DNA of 63,001 nt, filler included, from Conidiobolus incongruus B7586 (Eukaryota): the NCBI GenBank assembly GCA_000697335.1. It is 11 parts of 11 records of this genome, joined end to end, with 100 filler letters (N's around TTAATTAATTAA, not from the genome) between each part and the next. Parts side by side here need not be neighbours in the genome. Positions count along the whole stretch, not along the records: positions 1 to 17,044 come from JNEM01007463.1; positions 17,145 to 18,790 come from JNEM01007464.1; positions 18,891 to 20,242 come from JNEM01007466.1; positions 20,343 to 22,020 come from JNEM01007468.1; positions 22,121 to 23,782 come from JNEM01007469.1; positions 23,883 to 43,441 come from JNEM01007471.1; 5 more parts are not named here. One strand, written 5' to 3'. The position numbers and the translations under genes were made by a program. Below the pieces are notes generated by a model. That model was not told where the DNA came from. It did no database searches and was given only the letters and a program-made list of their open reading frames with translations. Shown here piece after piece: positions 14,781 through 27,728 of this stretch (position 1 is its first letter; every line of letters begins with the position of its first letter).

Positions 14781-15797
14781 TTACCTTGAATTAGAAATAA
14801 TAGGAAATTTTGTAGTTTCTGATTTTTAAAATATATTATTAGTCCTAAATAAATAAATATATACAAAGTAAAGAGGAAATTATATATATTTTTAAATTAT
14901 ATATATTTATATTATAATTTTATTAATTATAAAAATTAACTTTTTAAAATTATTGTTTAATTTAATTATACTTAAATTAAATAATAATAATCAGAAGTTT
15001 TTTATTTTAATATTAGTAAAACCTAACTATAAACCTTTTAAAATCATTTGAAATTTGCAAATAACTTTTAATAATAAAGTATTATCTAAATTAACTATTT
15101 ATTACTAGGTAAATTATTTTAAAATTAAAACAAAAACTTTTTGAAACCTGTTAAAATTTAAAAAATTGACTTTAACTATTTTTTTAAAATATTAATAGAG
15201 TAAAAATTATATTAAAAAACACCTTTTTATTTTAGTTAAAGAGTTATCTAAATATTTTAATATTAGTTTATATATGTATTTTATATATATTAAAGTTTAA
15301 AATTAATTTCATAAATAAAAATATAAATAGGTATCTTATAATTCAATTAAAGAATAACAAAGTTAGATTCATAAATATTATATAAATCTTATTAAATTTT
15401 TAATAAAATCTTAAATATTTATAGTCAATAATTATTATTAATAAATTTTAAATTTTTATTTATAATTGTTCATTAAAATATTAATCAAAATACTAAATTA
15501 AATATTATTAACCCCTTTTATAGATCTTTTTAAATAGATATTTTGTTAATAATTAAATGTTAAATATTATAATAAATTATAATAAATTATAATAATATAT
15601 GCTGCTTTTATTTAGTTTTTAAAGGGAAATTAATTAAAACTAAGTTTTATATTATTTCATTATATAAAAGTACTTTTAATTGATATTCTCAATATAATTT
15701 GAGAAAATTAATTATTTTAAATGATAATTGTCAAATATATAAATCTAAAGCTATAATATACTTTTTAATTAAAAATAAATAAAAAAAACTACCAATA
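14781..15797 (+). mobile_element. Degenerate mariner copy, 3'-truncated by the next copy
   Basis: Starts TA|TTACCTTGAATTAGAAATAATAGGAAATTTT; colinear with the other mariner copies. Confidence 0.85.
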
Positions 15798-15803
15798 TTA
15801 ATA

Positions 15804-17044
15804 TTATTTTGAATTTAAAATAATGGGAAATTTTTTAATTTTTCATTTTTCAAATATTTTAATAGTTGGAAATAAATATATATATATATATAATTAATAC
15901 GAAATTATATATTTTTAATATATATATATATATATAATAATTTTTTGATTAAAAAAATAATTTTTTAAAATTAGTTATTTAATTTAATCATGCTTAAACC
16001 AAATAATCATCATCAAAAGTTTTTTATTTTAGTATTAATAAGATTTAACCATAAGTTTTTTAAAATTATTGAAAATTTATAAGTATCTTTTAATAATAAA
16101 ATATTATCTAAATTAATAATTTATTGCTAGGTAAATTATTTTAAAGATTAAAAAGAAATTATTGAATATTTATTAAAATCTAGAAAATTAACTTAAACTG
16201 TTATTTTTTCTAATATTAATACAATAAAAAAATATATCAAAAAGTTTCTTTTTATTTTAATTAGAGAATTATCTAAGTATTTTAATATTTGTTTTATAAT
16301 TATATTATATATATTCAAGTCTAAATTCAAATTAATAAATAAATATATAAAATAAATATTGAATAATTTAACTAAAGCTTAAAAAAATAGAGTAGCTATT
16401 ATTAAACAAAATTTACTAAAATTTTACTAAAAGCCTAAATTTTACAATAAATAATTACAATTGATGAATTTTAAATCCCTATGTATAATCCTTTATTAAA
16501 ATATAAATCAAGATGCTAGATTAATTTAAATCATCCCCCTTTACAAATCTCTTTAAATAAATATTTTATTAATAAATAAATATTAATTATTATAATAAAT
16601 TATAATATTATATGCTACTTTTATTTAATTTTTGAAAAAAAAATCAATTAATTGTAAACTTTATATTGTTTTTTTAAATAAAAATATTTCTAATTAGTAT
16701 TTTTAATATAATTGGAAAAAACTTATTATTTGATATGATAATTATAAAATATATTAATTCAAAGCTATAAAAATTTTTTTAATTCAAAATAAATAGAAAA
16801 AACTATCATATCTAGTATATTCTCTAGATTATAACCTATGTGCTTATAATTATTTAGTTAGTAAAACAACCTGTTTATAAAAAAATATTTTCAAAAAAAT
16901 CTAATTTATTTTTAAAATATCAGATTTCAATCTTTAAGAAAAAGAACGATATTTTAGATATTAGAAGTTTACTAAATATATAGCAAAAAGTTATTAATAA
17001 TAAAAGAAATTATTAAATTTATATTATTTATTAAAATTTTTTTA
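15804..17044 (+). mobile_element. Degenerate mariner copy (runs into gap)
   Basis: Left terminus TTATTTTGAATTTAAAATAATGGGAAATTTTT; ATG CTT AAA CCA at about 15990; YSxDYNxCxYN remnant at about 16820. Confidence 0.88.
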
Positions 17045-17558
17045 NNNNNNNNNNNNNNNNNNNNNNNNNNNNNNNNNNNNNNNNNNNNTTAATTAATTAA
17101 NNNNNNNNNNNNNNNNNNNNNNNNNNNNNNNNNNNNNNNNNNNNATTAATAATATATATTAGTTAAAATAATATAATATAGTATTAATTTAAAATTGTTT
17201 TAATCTTAAAATATAATAAAATTAATGTTAAATAATAAAAAAAATAAAAAACTCAATTGATTAAAAAATATAATATTATCTATATAGTTAATTTAGCTAA
17301 AATAGTAATAAATTATATAATTAAAAAATTAATTAAATTATATAATAATATTTGTCAAAGTTTAGAGAACTAGTTTTTTAATATTTTCTTAATAAGTTTA
17401 TTAAAAAAACATTCCTTAGATTATTATTAATAGTAATAATAAGTAAAGATATTAATATTATTTTCTAAATATTTTTAAATAGCTTCTTTAATTAGATAAT
17501 GTAAATATTTATTATAATAATAAACCTTATTCCTTATAAATTGTAATTTAATTATCTA

Positions 17559-18790
17559 TTATCTTATATTTGAAATAATGGTAAGTATTTTAATTTTCGA
17601 TTTTTCAAACAAATTATTAATTTGAAATATATTAATATATATAAAGTTAATAGGAAATTATCTATTGTTAATATATATATATATATAATAATTTTTTTGA
17701 TTAAAAAAATTAACTTTTTAAAATTGGTTATTTAATTTAATTATATTTAAATTAAATAATATTCATCAATAGTCTTTTATTTTAATATCAGTAAAACTTA
17801 ACCATAAACCCTCTAAAATTATTTAAAATTTATAAAAAACTTTTGGTAATAAAATATTATCTAAATTAATAATTTATTGCTAGATAAATCATTTTAAAGC
17901 TAAAAAAAACTATCCAAAAATTGCTAAAATCTAAAAGACCAACTTCAATTGTCACTCTTTTAATTATTAATAAGGTGAAAAAATATATTGAAAAGTACCT
18001 TTTTTTTCAGCTAAAAAATTATTTAAATATTTTAATATTAGTCTCATAAGTATATTATATATATTATAGCTTAAACTCAAATTAATAAAAATATATAAAA
18101 TAGGTACCTTATAATATAACTAAAACTCAGAAAAAAGCTGGAGTAGTTATTATTATGTAAAACTTATTAAAATATTACTAGAAGCCTAAACTTTTATAGC
18201 AAATAATTGTAATTGATGAATCTTAGATTATTATATATAATCTTTTATTAAAATAAAAATCAAGATGCTAGATTAAGCTAAATAAACCCCCTCTACAAAT
18301 CCTTTTAAATAAGTATATTTTTAATAAATAAATGTTAATTATTATAATAGATTATAATAGTATATGCTACTCTTATTTAGTTCTTGAAGGAAAATCAATT
18401 AATAGTAAACTTTATATTGCTTTTTTAAATAAAAGTATTTCTAATTAATGTTCTCAATATAATTTGAAAAAATCTACTATTTTGCTTGATAATTATAAAA
18501 TATATAAATTTAAACCTGTAAATAATTTTCTAATTAAAAGTAACTAGAAAAAACTATTATACCTAGTATATTTTTTAGATTATAACCCATGTGATTATAA
18601 TTGCTTTAGGTAATTAAAAAACCAAATTACAAGAAAAAATATTTTTGCAAGAAAATTTAATTAGTATGTGAAATATTAAATATCAATTCTAAATAAAAAA
18701 AATTATTTTGTAGGTGTTAGATCTTTATCAAAAATATAGCAAAAAATTATTAATAATAAAGGAAATTATTAAATATATATTATTTATCTA
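17559..18790 (+). mobile_element. Degenerate mariner copy (runs into gap)
   Basis: Colinear with 25730-27020 in reverse complement; GATTATAACCCATGTGAT (DYNPCD) at about 18580. Confidence 0.9.
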
Positions 18791-18890
18791 NNNNNNNNNN
18801 NNNNNNNNNNNNNNNNNNNNNNNNNNNNNNNNNNTTAATTAATTAANNNNNNNNNNNNNNNNNNNNNNNNNNNNNNNNNNNNNNNNNNNN

Positions 18891-19710
18891 CAAAATAATA
18901 GGTGTCCTTAATTTATATTGAGAACACCATTTAGAAATTGTTTTATTTAAAAAAGTAATATATAACTTACTATTGATTGATTTTCCTTGAGGTATTAAAT
19001 AAGAAAACTATATAACATTATAATCTATTACAACAATTAACATTTGCTTATATTTAAAGTGTTTATTCATTGGAATTTGTAGAGGGGATTGATTTGGCTT
19101 AACCCAACATCTTGTTTTATTTTTAAGTAAAGGATTATATAAAGGAATCCAAGATTCATCAATTGCAAATATTCACTGTAAAAACCTTTGTTTTTGGTTA
19201 TACCTTAATAAGTTTAGTTTAGCTATAGCTACTCTAGTTTTCTTTTATGTTTCTGTTAAATTATAAGGTATCTATTTTACATTTTTATTAATTAATCTAA
19301 GTTTAAATTTAAGTAAATATAACATGCTTGTATAATTAATATTAAATTGCTTTGATAGTTCTCTAGCAGAAATAAAAGGGTATTTCTTAATATATTTTTT
19401 TATTCTATTGGTAAGTGAAAGAGTGACAGTAGAAATTAATCTTCTAGATTTTGGTAAATTTTGAATAGTGTCCCTTCTAGCTTTAAAATCACAAATCTAG
19501 TGATATATGGTAGTTTTAGATAAAGTACCATCTTTATAAGCTGTTTGCAAGTTTTGGATGATTTTAAAGGGTTTATGGTTAAGTTTTAAAGACACAAAAA
19601 TAAAAGCCTTTTGATAATCACAATCTAGTTTAAGCATGATTAAATTTAAGTGTAAATTTTAAAATCAAAATATTTTAATAAAAAAAATAATTAAAATAAT
19701 AAATACCTTT
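18891..19710 (-). mobile_element. Mariner copy, diverged subfamily, partial
   Basis: Homologous to the 5' two-thirds of the mariner transposase (e.g. GGGTTTATGGTTAAGTTTT, AAGATTCATCAATTGC) with many substitutions. Confidence 0.8.
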
Positions 19711-19929
19711 AAAAATTAATACAGTTTTTATTTAGATTCTATATTTATTATTATTCATAATAATATAATTTTTTGTTAATATTATAATTTAAATTTAAGT
19801 AAACATTTTTATATTTTATTTTTAAAAGGATTCAACTTTTTCTAATTAATTTTATTAAAGTAAATATAGTGATAGTTAAATTAATATAATATAAGGATGT
19901 AAACAAAGTATAATTAAGCTTCAAATAAA

Positions 19930-20190
19930 AATAATTCACTAATATATTATGATTTATATTAAAAAATGCCAATATATTATAATATTATTAGGATATAGTT
20001 AGAAATTAAAGAAATAAAAAGAAAAATAAGAAATATTATATATTAAAATAGAAAAAACTAGTTTATTAGATAATTCAATATAATTTATATAATTCATATA
20101 GTTATAAAAATATAAATTAATTATATAATTTATATTAATTTAAACTATATAAAAAAATATATAATAATATAAAAAGCTAATTTTTTAATA
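19930..20190 (-). repeat. Degenerate fragment of the Gypsy LTR
   Basis: ACTAGTTTATTAGATAATTCAAT etc. match 53310-53430. Confidence 0.6.
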
Positions 20191-20398
20191 ATTAAATTTC
20201 TTTAAAAAATAAAAAAGATAGATTTATAACTTATAAAAATCANNNNNNNNNNNNNNNNNNNNNNNNNNNNNNNNNNNNNNNNNNNNTTAATTAATTAANN
20301 NNNNNNNNNNNNNNNNNNNNNNNNNNNNNNNNNNNNNNNNNNTTATTAATAAAAATATATATATATTTGATTTTATAACTTAAATTTATAGGTTAATA

Positions 20399-21966
20399 CA
20401 CTAACCTACAAAAATAAGTTATAAAATCAAAAACAATTATATTTTTATAACTTGATTAATATTTAATAAAATAAATTTAAATTAAATAATTAAAATCTAT
20501 TATATTTATTAATTATATATATCATTAAATGATGATATTTAGCTATTAATTGACTAAAATATAAACTTTTAAATTTTACCTAGGGTGAGTTATAAATTTG
20601 TAGGTTTTTAGTAATAAAAAAAATTAAAACTTAGTGTATCTACCTTTAGCTTTTCTAACTTCTTTAAGTTTATAGGGTATAAAATCAATTAACTTCTTAC
20701 ACTAAAAAAGGTTAATCTTATTCTATGCTTCTTAAACATATTCTTAAAGTTGATTTAAATTTTTAGCTAGAGGGAAAACTTTAATAACTTTTTTTAATTG
20801 ATCCTAAAGGTGTTTAATTAGATTAAGGTTAGGAAATTAAAGAAGCCACTTTATAACTATTATCTTGTTATTTTTAAGCTATTTGGTAGTAAAAGCTATA
20901 ATATAATAAAAGGTATTATCTTACTAGAAAATAATATTAGATTTATTTAACCTATATTATTCAATGGTTTTTTTTAATTTATTGTTCAGAATATTTTAGT
21001 ATATCTTAGTATTAATTCCCTTATTAACTTTACAAAGATACCTTATACCTAAAGATAATATATATCCCCAAATAATAATTAACCTACTATTGTACTTTTG
21101 GGTAAAATTAACATAATAGTTACAAAGTAGTTTTGTATTTTTTTTGAAGCATTTAGCTTTTTTATCAGATCCACTAAAATATATTTTTGTTTCATTAGAC
21201 TAAATAACCTTACTCTAATTAATTTTAGTTTTATATTAGTAGCAATATTTAAACTCTTATCTAGTTTTACAATAGGATTTCTTTAATTAGGGGTGTTTTT
21301 TCTTAAAGTGTAAGTGGTATTTATATTAATATAAAATATATATAATAGTATTAATACTAATTAATATTCTTATATAGTTTTATAGTTCCTGTTATATTTC
21401 TATAATAATACTATATTTGCCTATATTAACTAACCTATAAATATATTTCTCATCATGTTTATTTATGATTTTAACACACTTAAGTTTAAATTTAAATGTT
21501 TCTTTATTGTTATTCTTAATAGCTTTAACTATAGTAGACTAGCTAACACTAGTAATTCTAACAATATCACAAGTTGATTTACCTTCTTTATAAAGTTAAT
21601 TAATGCATAAATGGATTTTTTTAAAGAAGGATTTAGGTATAATAATACTAATAAAAAAAATTTAATATATCTATAAAATATAATATAAAATAATAGTAAA
21701 GAAAGAAAAAAGATATGGTTATATACTGTTAAATATATCCCTTTATCTTAAAAACTTGCAAATTTATAACTTACCTTAGTTAAATATTAAAGGTTAATAT
21801 TTTTACTAATAGTTTACTATATATATCTAAATATATTTATTTATTATTAAATAATATATCTTAATTATATATTATAATTTTAAATAATCTAATATATATA
21901 ATTGTTTTAGTTATTAATTAATATATATATATTTTTGATTTTATAACTTACTTTTACAGGTTAGTA
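20399..21966 (-). mobile_element. Degenerate Tc1-like (DD34E) transposon, full length
   Basis: TA-flanked termini CACTAACCTACAAAA... and ...TTTTACAGGTTAGTA; reverse complement of 23919-25491 with additional transitions. Confidence 0.92.
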
Positions 21967-22124
21967 TATTTATATTTTAATAAAATATTGGGATATAAAA
22001 AAATAAACTATTATATTTTTNNNNNNNNNNNNNNNNNNNNNNNNNNNNNNNNNNNNNNNNNNNNTTAATTAATTAANNNNNNNNNNNNNNNNNNNNNNNN
22101 NNNNNNNNNNNNNNNNNNNNTATA

Positions 22125-23688
22125 CACTAGCTTACAAAAATAAGTTATAAAATTAAAAATATATACATTTCTAATAATATTTTAATTAATACTAATTTAA
22201 ATAAACTTATATTAAACTATGTAATTAATATATATTTTTTATCTATAATATAATATATATAGTTAAATTTAATTAATTATTAATTGATATACTAATATTA
22301 AAAGTATACTTAAGATAAGTTATAAATTTGTAAGTTTTAATATTAATAGAAAAATTAATATCTAGTATATCTACCTTTTGCTTTTCTAACTTCTTTAAGT
22401 TTATAAAGTATAAAGTCAACTAGCTTCTTATATTAAACAAGATTAATATTATTCTAAGCTTCTTAAATATACTTTTAAAATTAATCTAAATTTTTTACTA
22501 GAGGGAAAGCTTTAATTAATTTTTTTAATTGATCCCAAAAATATTCAATTAGGTTAAGAATAAAAGATTAAAGAGGTAATTTCAAAATAGTTATTTTGTT
22601 ATTTTTAAGCTATTTAATGATAGAATTTATAGTATAGCAAGGTGTATTATCTTGTTAGAAAATAATATTTAATTTTTTTAATCTATATTACTCAATAGTT
22701 TTTTTCAATTGATTATTTAGAATACTTTAGTATATCTCAATATTAATTCCCCTATTAACCTTATAAAGATACCCTACACCTAAAGATAACATACATCCCT
22801 AAACTATAATTAACATATCATTATATTTTTGGGTTATAATAACATAATGGTTATAAAGTAGTTCTTTATCTTTTTTGAAATATCTAGCTTTTTTATTAAA
22901 TTTATTAAAATATATCTTTGTTTCATTAGATTAAATAACTTTACTCTAGTTAATTTTAGTTTAACTTTAGTGTTAACATTTAAACTCCTACTTAACTTTA
23001 TAGTAAGACTTCTTTAGTTGGGGGTGTTTTTTCTTAAGTTGTAAGTGATATCTATTTTAATATAAAGCATATATAATAGTATTAGTATTAATTAATATTC
23101 TTATATAGTTTTTTAATTCTTGTTATATTTTTATAATAATATTATTTTTACTTATACTAACTAATCTACAAATATACTTTTCATCATGTTTAACTATAAT
23201 TTTAATATACTTAAGTTTTGGTTTAGGTGTTTCTTTAGCATTATTCTTAATAACTCTAACTATAGTAGATTAACTAACACTAGTAATTCTAACAATCTTA
23301 TAAGTTGATTTATTTTTATTATAAAGTTGATTAATATATAAGTGAACTTTTTTAAAGAGAGATTTAAGTATTATAATATTAATTTTAAAATATTAACTTG
23401 ATAGTTTTATAATATATATAATGTAATAAAAAAAAGATATATATAAATTTTGTTATTTATACCCCTTTAACTTATAAACCCACAAATTTATAACTCATCT
23501 TGGTTAAATTTTAGGTTTTGATATATTAACCAAGAGCTAATGTAATATAATCAAATATAGTTAGTTATAATTAATTAATATAGATAAATTTTATATTTTA
23601 ATTTAAATTTATTTAATTAGGAATTATTTAAGATATAAGTAAATATTTAAGTAATTTTAATTTTATGACTTATTTTTATGGGCTAGTG
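22125..23688 (-). mobile_element. Degenerate Tc1-like (DD34E) transposon, full length
   Basis: TA|CACTAGCTTACAAAAA ... TTTTATGGGCTAGTG|TA; colinear with the other copies. Confidence 0.92.
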
Positions 23689-23918
23689 TATTTATTAATT
23701 AATTTAAATTTAAACTTTGTAATAAATAATATATTTATTTATCTAATAGTAAAATATTTGATAATTTTTTAATAAAAATAAANNNNNNNNNNNNNNNNNN
23801 NNNNNNNNNNNNNNNNNNNNNNNNNNTTAATTAATTAANNNNNNNNNNNNNNNNNNNNNNNNNNNNNNNNNNNNNNNNNNNNTTATATTAATATTTTCTT
23901 AATTTTTCATAATTATTA

Positions 23919-25491
23919 CACTAACCCACAAAAGTGAGTCATAAAATCAAAAATATATAAATTTTAATTAATAACTAAAACAATTGTATATATTAGATTA
24001 CTTGAAACTATAATATATAATTAAGGTATATTATTTAATAATAGATAAATATATTTAGATATATTTAGTAAACTATTAGCAAAAATATTAACCCTTAATA
24101 TTTAACCAAGGTGAGTCATAAATTTGCAGGTTTTTGAGATAAGGGGATATATTTAACAATATATAACCATATCTTTTTTCTCTCTTTGCTATTATTTTAT
24201 ATAATATTTTACAGATATACTAAATTCTTTTTATTAGTATCATTATACCTAAATCCCTCTCTAAAAAAATCCATTTGTGCATCAATCAACTTTATAAAGA
24301 AGGTAAATCAACTCATGATATTGCTAGAATTACTGGTGTTAGCTAGTCTACTATAGCTAGGGCTGTTAAGAATAGCAATAAAGAAACATTTAAACCTAAA
24401 CTTAAGTGTGCTAAAATCATAGATGAACATGATGAGAAGTATATCTGTAGGTTGGTTAGTACAGGCAAATGTAGTACTGCTGTAGAAGTACAGCAGGAAT
24501 TGTGAGACTATACAAGAATATTAGTTAGCACTGATACTATTATACATGCTTTACATCAACATGGATACCACTTACACCTTAAGAAAAAACACCCCTAACT
24601 AAAGAAATCCCATTGCAAAGCTAAGTGGGAGTTTGAATGTCACCACTAATATTGAACCAAAACTGATTAGAGTAAGGTTATTTAGTCTGATAAAACAAAA
24701 ATATACCTTAGTAGATCTGATAGAAAAGCTAGATACTTCAGAAAAGATGCAGAACTACTTTGTGACCATCATGTTAATTTTACCCAAAAGTATAGTGGTG
24801 GGTCAATTATTGTTTGGGGATGTATGTTGTCTTTAGGTGTAAGGTATCTTTGTAAAGTTAATGGGGGAATTAATACTGAGATGTACTAAAGTATTCTGAA
24901 CAATGAATTGAAAAAAACCATTGAATGGTATGGGTTAAACAAATCTAATGTTATTTTCCAGCAAGATAATGCCTCTTGCTATACTACAGCTTTTACTACC
25001 AAATGGCTTAAAAATAACAAGATAACAGTTATGAAGTGGCTTCTTTAATCTCCTAACCTTAATCTAATTGAACACCTTTGGGATCAGTTAAAAAAAGCTA
25101 TTAAAGCTTTCCCCCCAACAAAAAATTTAGATCAACTTTAGGAATATGTTCAAGAAGCATAGAACAAGATTAACCCTTCCTAGTGTAAGAAGTTAGTTGA
25201 TTCTATACCCCATAAACTTAAAGAAGTTAGAAAAGCTAAAGGTAGATATACTAGGTTTTAATTTTTTTTTATCACCAAAAACCCACAAATTTATAACTCA
25301 CCTTAGGTAAAATTTAAGGGTTTATATTTTAGCCAATTAATAGCTAAATATCATCATTTAATGATATATATAACTAATAAATATAATAGATTTTAATTAA
25401 TTAATTTAGGTTTATTTCATTAAATATTAATCAAGTTATTAGTAAAAATATAGGTGTTTTTGATTTTATGACTCACTTTTGTGGGTTAGTG
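23919..25491 (+). mobile_element. Tc1-like (DD34E) transposon, least-mutated copy, TA target duplication
   Basis: TIR CACTAACCCACAAAAGTGAGTCATAAAATCAAAAA at both ends; TA flanks at 23917-18 and 25492-93; 1573 bp. Confidence 0.95.
24245..25261 (+). pseudogene. Tc1 transposase pseudogene
   Basis: Start mutated to ATA. N-terminal HTH (GKSTxDIARITGVS); FQQDNAxxH ... SPxLNxIEHLW with 34 residues between D and E; multiple TAA/TAG stops. Confidence 0.92.
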
Positions 25492-25729
25492 TACTATAAA
25501 TCAATTATTTTTAAAAATTTCAGCTATTTATTAATCAATAATATAATAAGTTAAATCAATTTATAAAATAATTAATATTATTATAATTTAATAATGTATT
25601 TTAATTATAGTTATTAAAAATAATAAAAATATAACTAAACTTAATATTAAATATAATAAAACCATATATAATTATAATTAAATATATATTAAATAGTTAA
25701 TTAATATAAGTAAATATAGTGTTATTAAA

Positions 25730-27020
25730 TTACTCTGTATTTTTAATAATGGGAATTTTTTGCAATTGAAAATAAATAAATATTTTAATATATAATATAT
25801 AGAAATAAATATATAATATAAATTTAATAGTTTCTTTGATTATTAATAACTTTTTGTTATACTTTTAGCAAAGATCTAACACTTTAAAAACAGTTCTTTT
25901 TATTAAAGACTGAAATTTGATATTTCACAAATCAATTAAATTTTCTTGTAAAAATTTTCTTTCTTGCAAGCTGGTTTTTTAATTGCCTAAAGCAATTATA
26001 ATCACATAAGTTATAATCTAAAGAATATACTAGATATGGTAGTTCTTTCTAGTTATTTTTAATTAAAAAGTTTTTTACAGCTTTAGATTTATGAATTTTA
26101 TAATTATCATGTAAAATAATAAGTCTTCTCAAATTATATTAAGAACACTAATTAGAAATACTTTTATTTAAAAAAGCAATATAAAATTTACTATTAATTG
26201 ATTTTCCTTCAGGAACTAAATAAGAGTAGAATATATCATTATAATTTATTACAATAATTAACATTCACTTATTAACAAAATGCTTATTTAAAGGGATTTA
26301 TAAAGGGGGTTGATTTGGCTTAATCTAGTATCTTGATTTGTGTTTTAGTAAAGGATTATATATAAGGATCTAAGATTCATCAATTGTAATTATTTGCTAT
26401 AAAAGTCTAGGTTTCTAGTAATATTTTAGTAAGTTTTGTTTAGCAATAACTACTCTAGCTTTTTTCTAAACTTTAGTTAAATTATAAGGTATATATTTTA
26501 AATTTTTATTTATTAATTTGAGTTTAAACTTTAATATATATAAAATACTTATAAGACTAATATTAAAGTGCTTAGATAATTCTTTAGCTGAAATAAAAAG
26601 GTGCTTTTCAATATATTTTTTCATTCTATTAATAATTAAAATAGTGACAGTTGAAGTTAGTCTTGTAGATTTTAGCAGGTTTTGGATAATTTCTCTCTTA
26701 GCCTTAAAGTGATTTACCTAGCAATAAATTGTTGATTTAAATAATGCTTCATTACCAAAAGCTATTAATAAATTTTAAATAATTTTAGAGGGTTTATGGT
26801 TAAGTTTTACTGATACTAAAATAAAAAACTTTTGATAATCACTATTTGGTTTAAACATAATTAAATTAAATAGCTAATTTTAAAAAGTTAATTTTTTAAT
26901 CAAAAAAATTACTATATATAATTTCCTATTAACTTTGTATATATTTATTTATTTCAAATTAATAATATGTTTGAAAAATCAGAAATTAAAAAATTTCCCA
27001 TTATTTCAAATTCAAGGTAA
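25730..27020 (-). mobile_element. Mariner (DD34D) transposon, full length, degenerate
   Basis: Termini TTACTCTGTATTTTTAATAATGGGAATTTT / AAATTTCCCATTATTTCAAATTCAAGGTAA. Roughly 345-codon transposase remnant at about 25824-26858 with LHDN...DYNxCD spacing of 34. Confidence 0.93.
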
Positions 27021-27728
27021 CATATTCCTAATCTTCAATTTAATTGCAATTTTAGTGATTTTTAAATGATGATTGCAACTCTTAGAGTTTACAATTTTAG
27101 TAAATTAAAGGTTGGAGTTTAAAACCCATTCTATTAATTTTTTACATATATTTCATTAGCTAAAATAGTATGAATTATTGTATTTGGAACATTTTATATT
27201 GCATCAAAACCCAAACTTTGGTATCATTCTATCATCATTGGGCTATTATTTATTGTCAATGTGACTGGATGTACAATTGGATGTGTATTATATGGCTTTG
27301 TAGTTCAGCCAACGTCAGTCTATTGTCTATTCGAATTGGATAGCTTAGGCGGAAGGATATCTGCTATAGTCATATCAATATCCATGGCCATGTCAATGGC
27401 TATGATATACTTGTGCTATATCAGAATTATGATATAGAGGAGATCTGATATATTAAAAATCATACAGCTCTTTCCTTTTAAAAGTGATTAAATTAAATTC
27501 CAAGCTCATTCCACCATTATTATGACCTACAAATATTTTAGTAAATGTTACAATCATATATGTTGCTACTCGAATTTTTTCATTTATCCTCCATTTTTTG
27601 CTACACTTGCAGATAAAATTAGTTGCTCTTGCATTTTCTCAACTTTATTTTTACTACTTTACTATTGCGAAGGATATAATCCGATCTATGTGACGAAGTC
27701 CAATCATTACTTAATTTCCAGCCTATGA
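27021..27728 (+). pseudogene. 7TM GPCR-like pseudogene, 5'-truncated at the mariner end
   Basis: About 27227-27470 is nearly identical to 29175-29420 of the neighbouring GPCR; contains stops and frameshifts; TM7/helix-8 remnant GATCTATGTGACGAA at about 27684. Confidence 0.9.
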
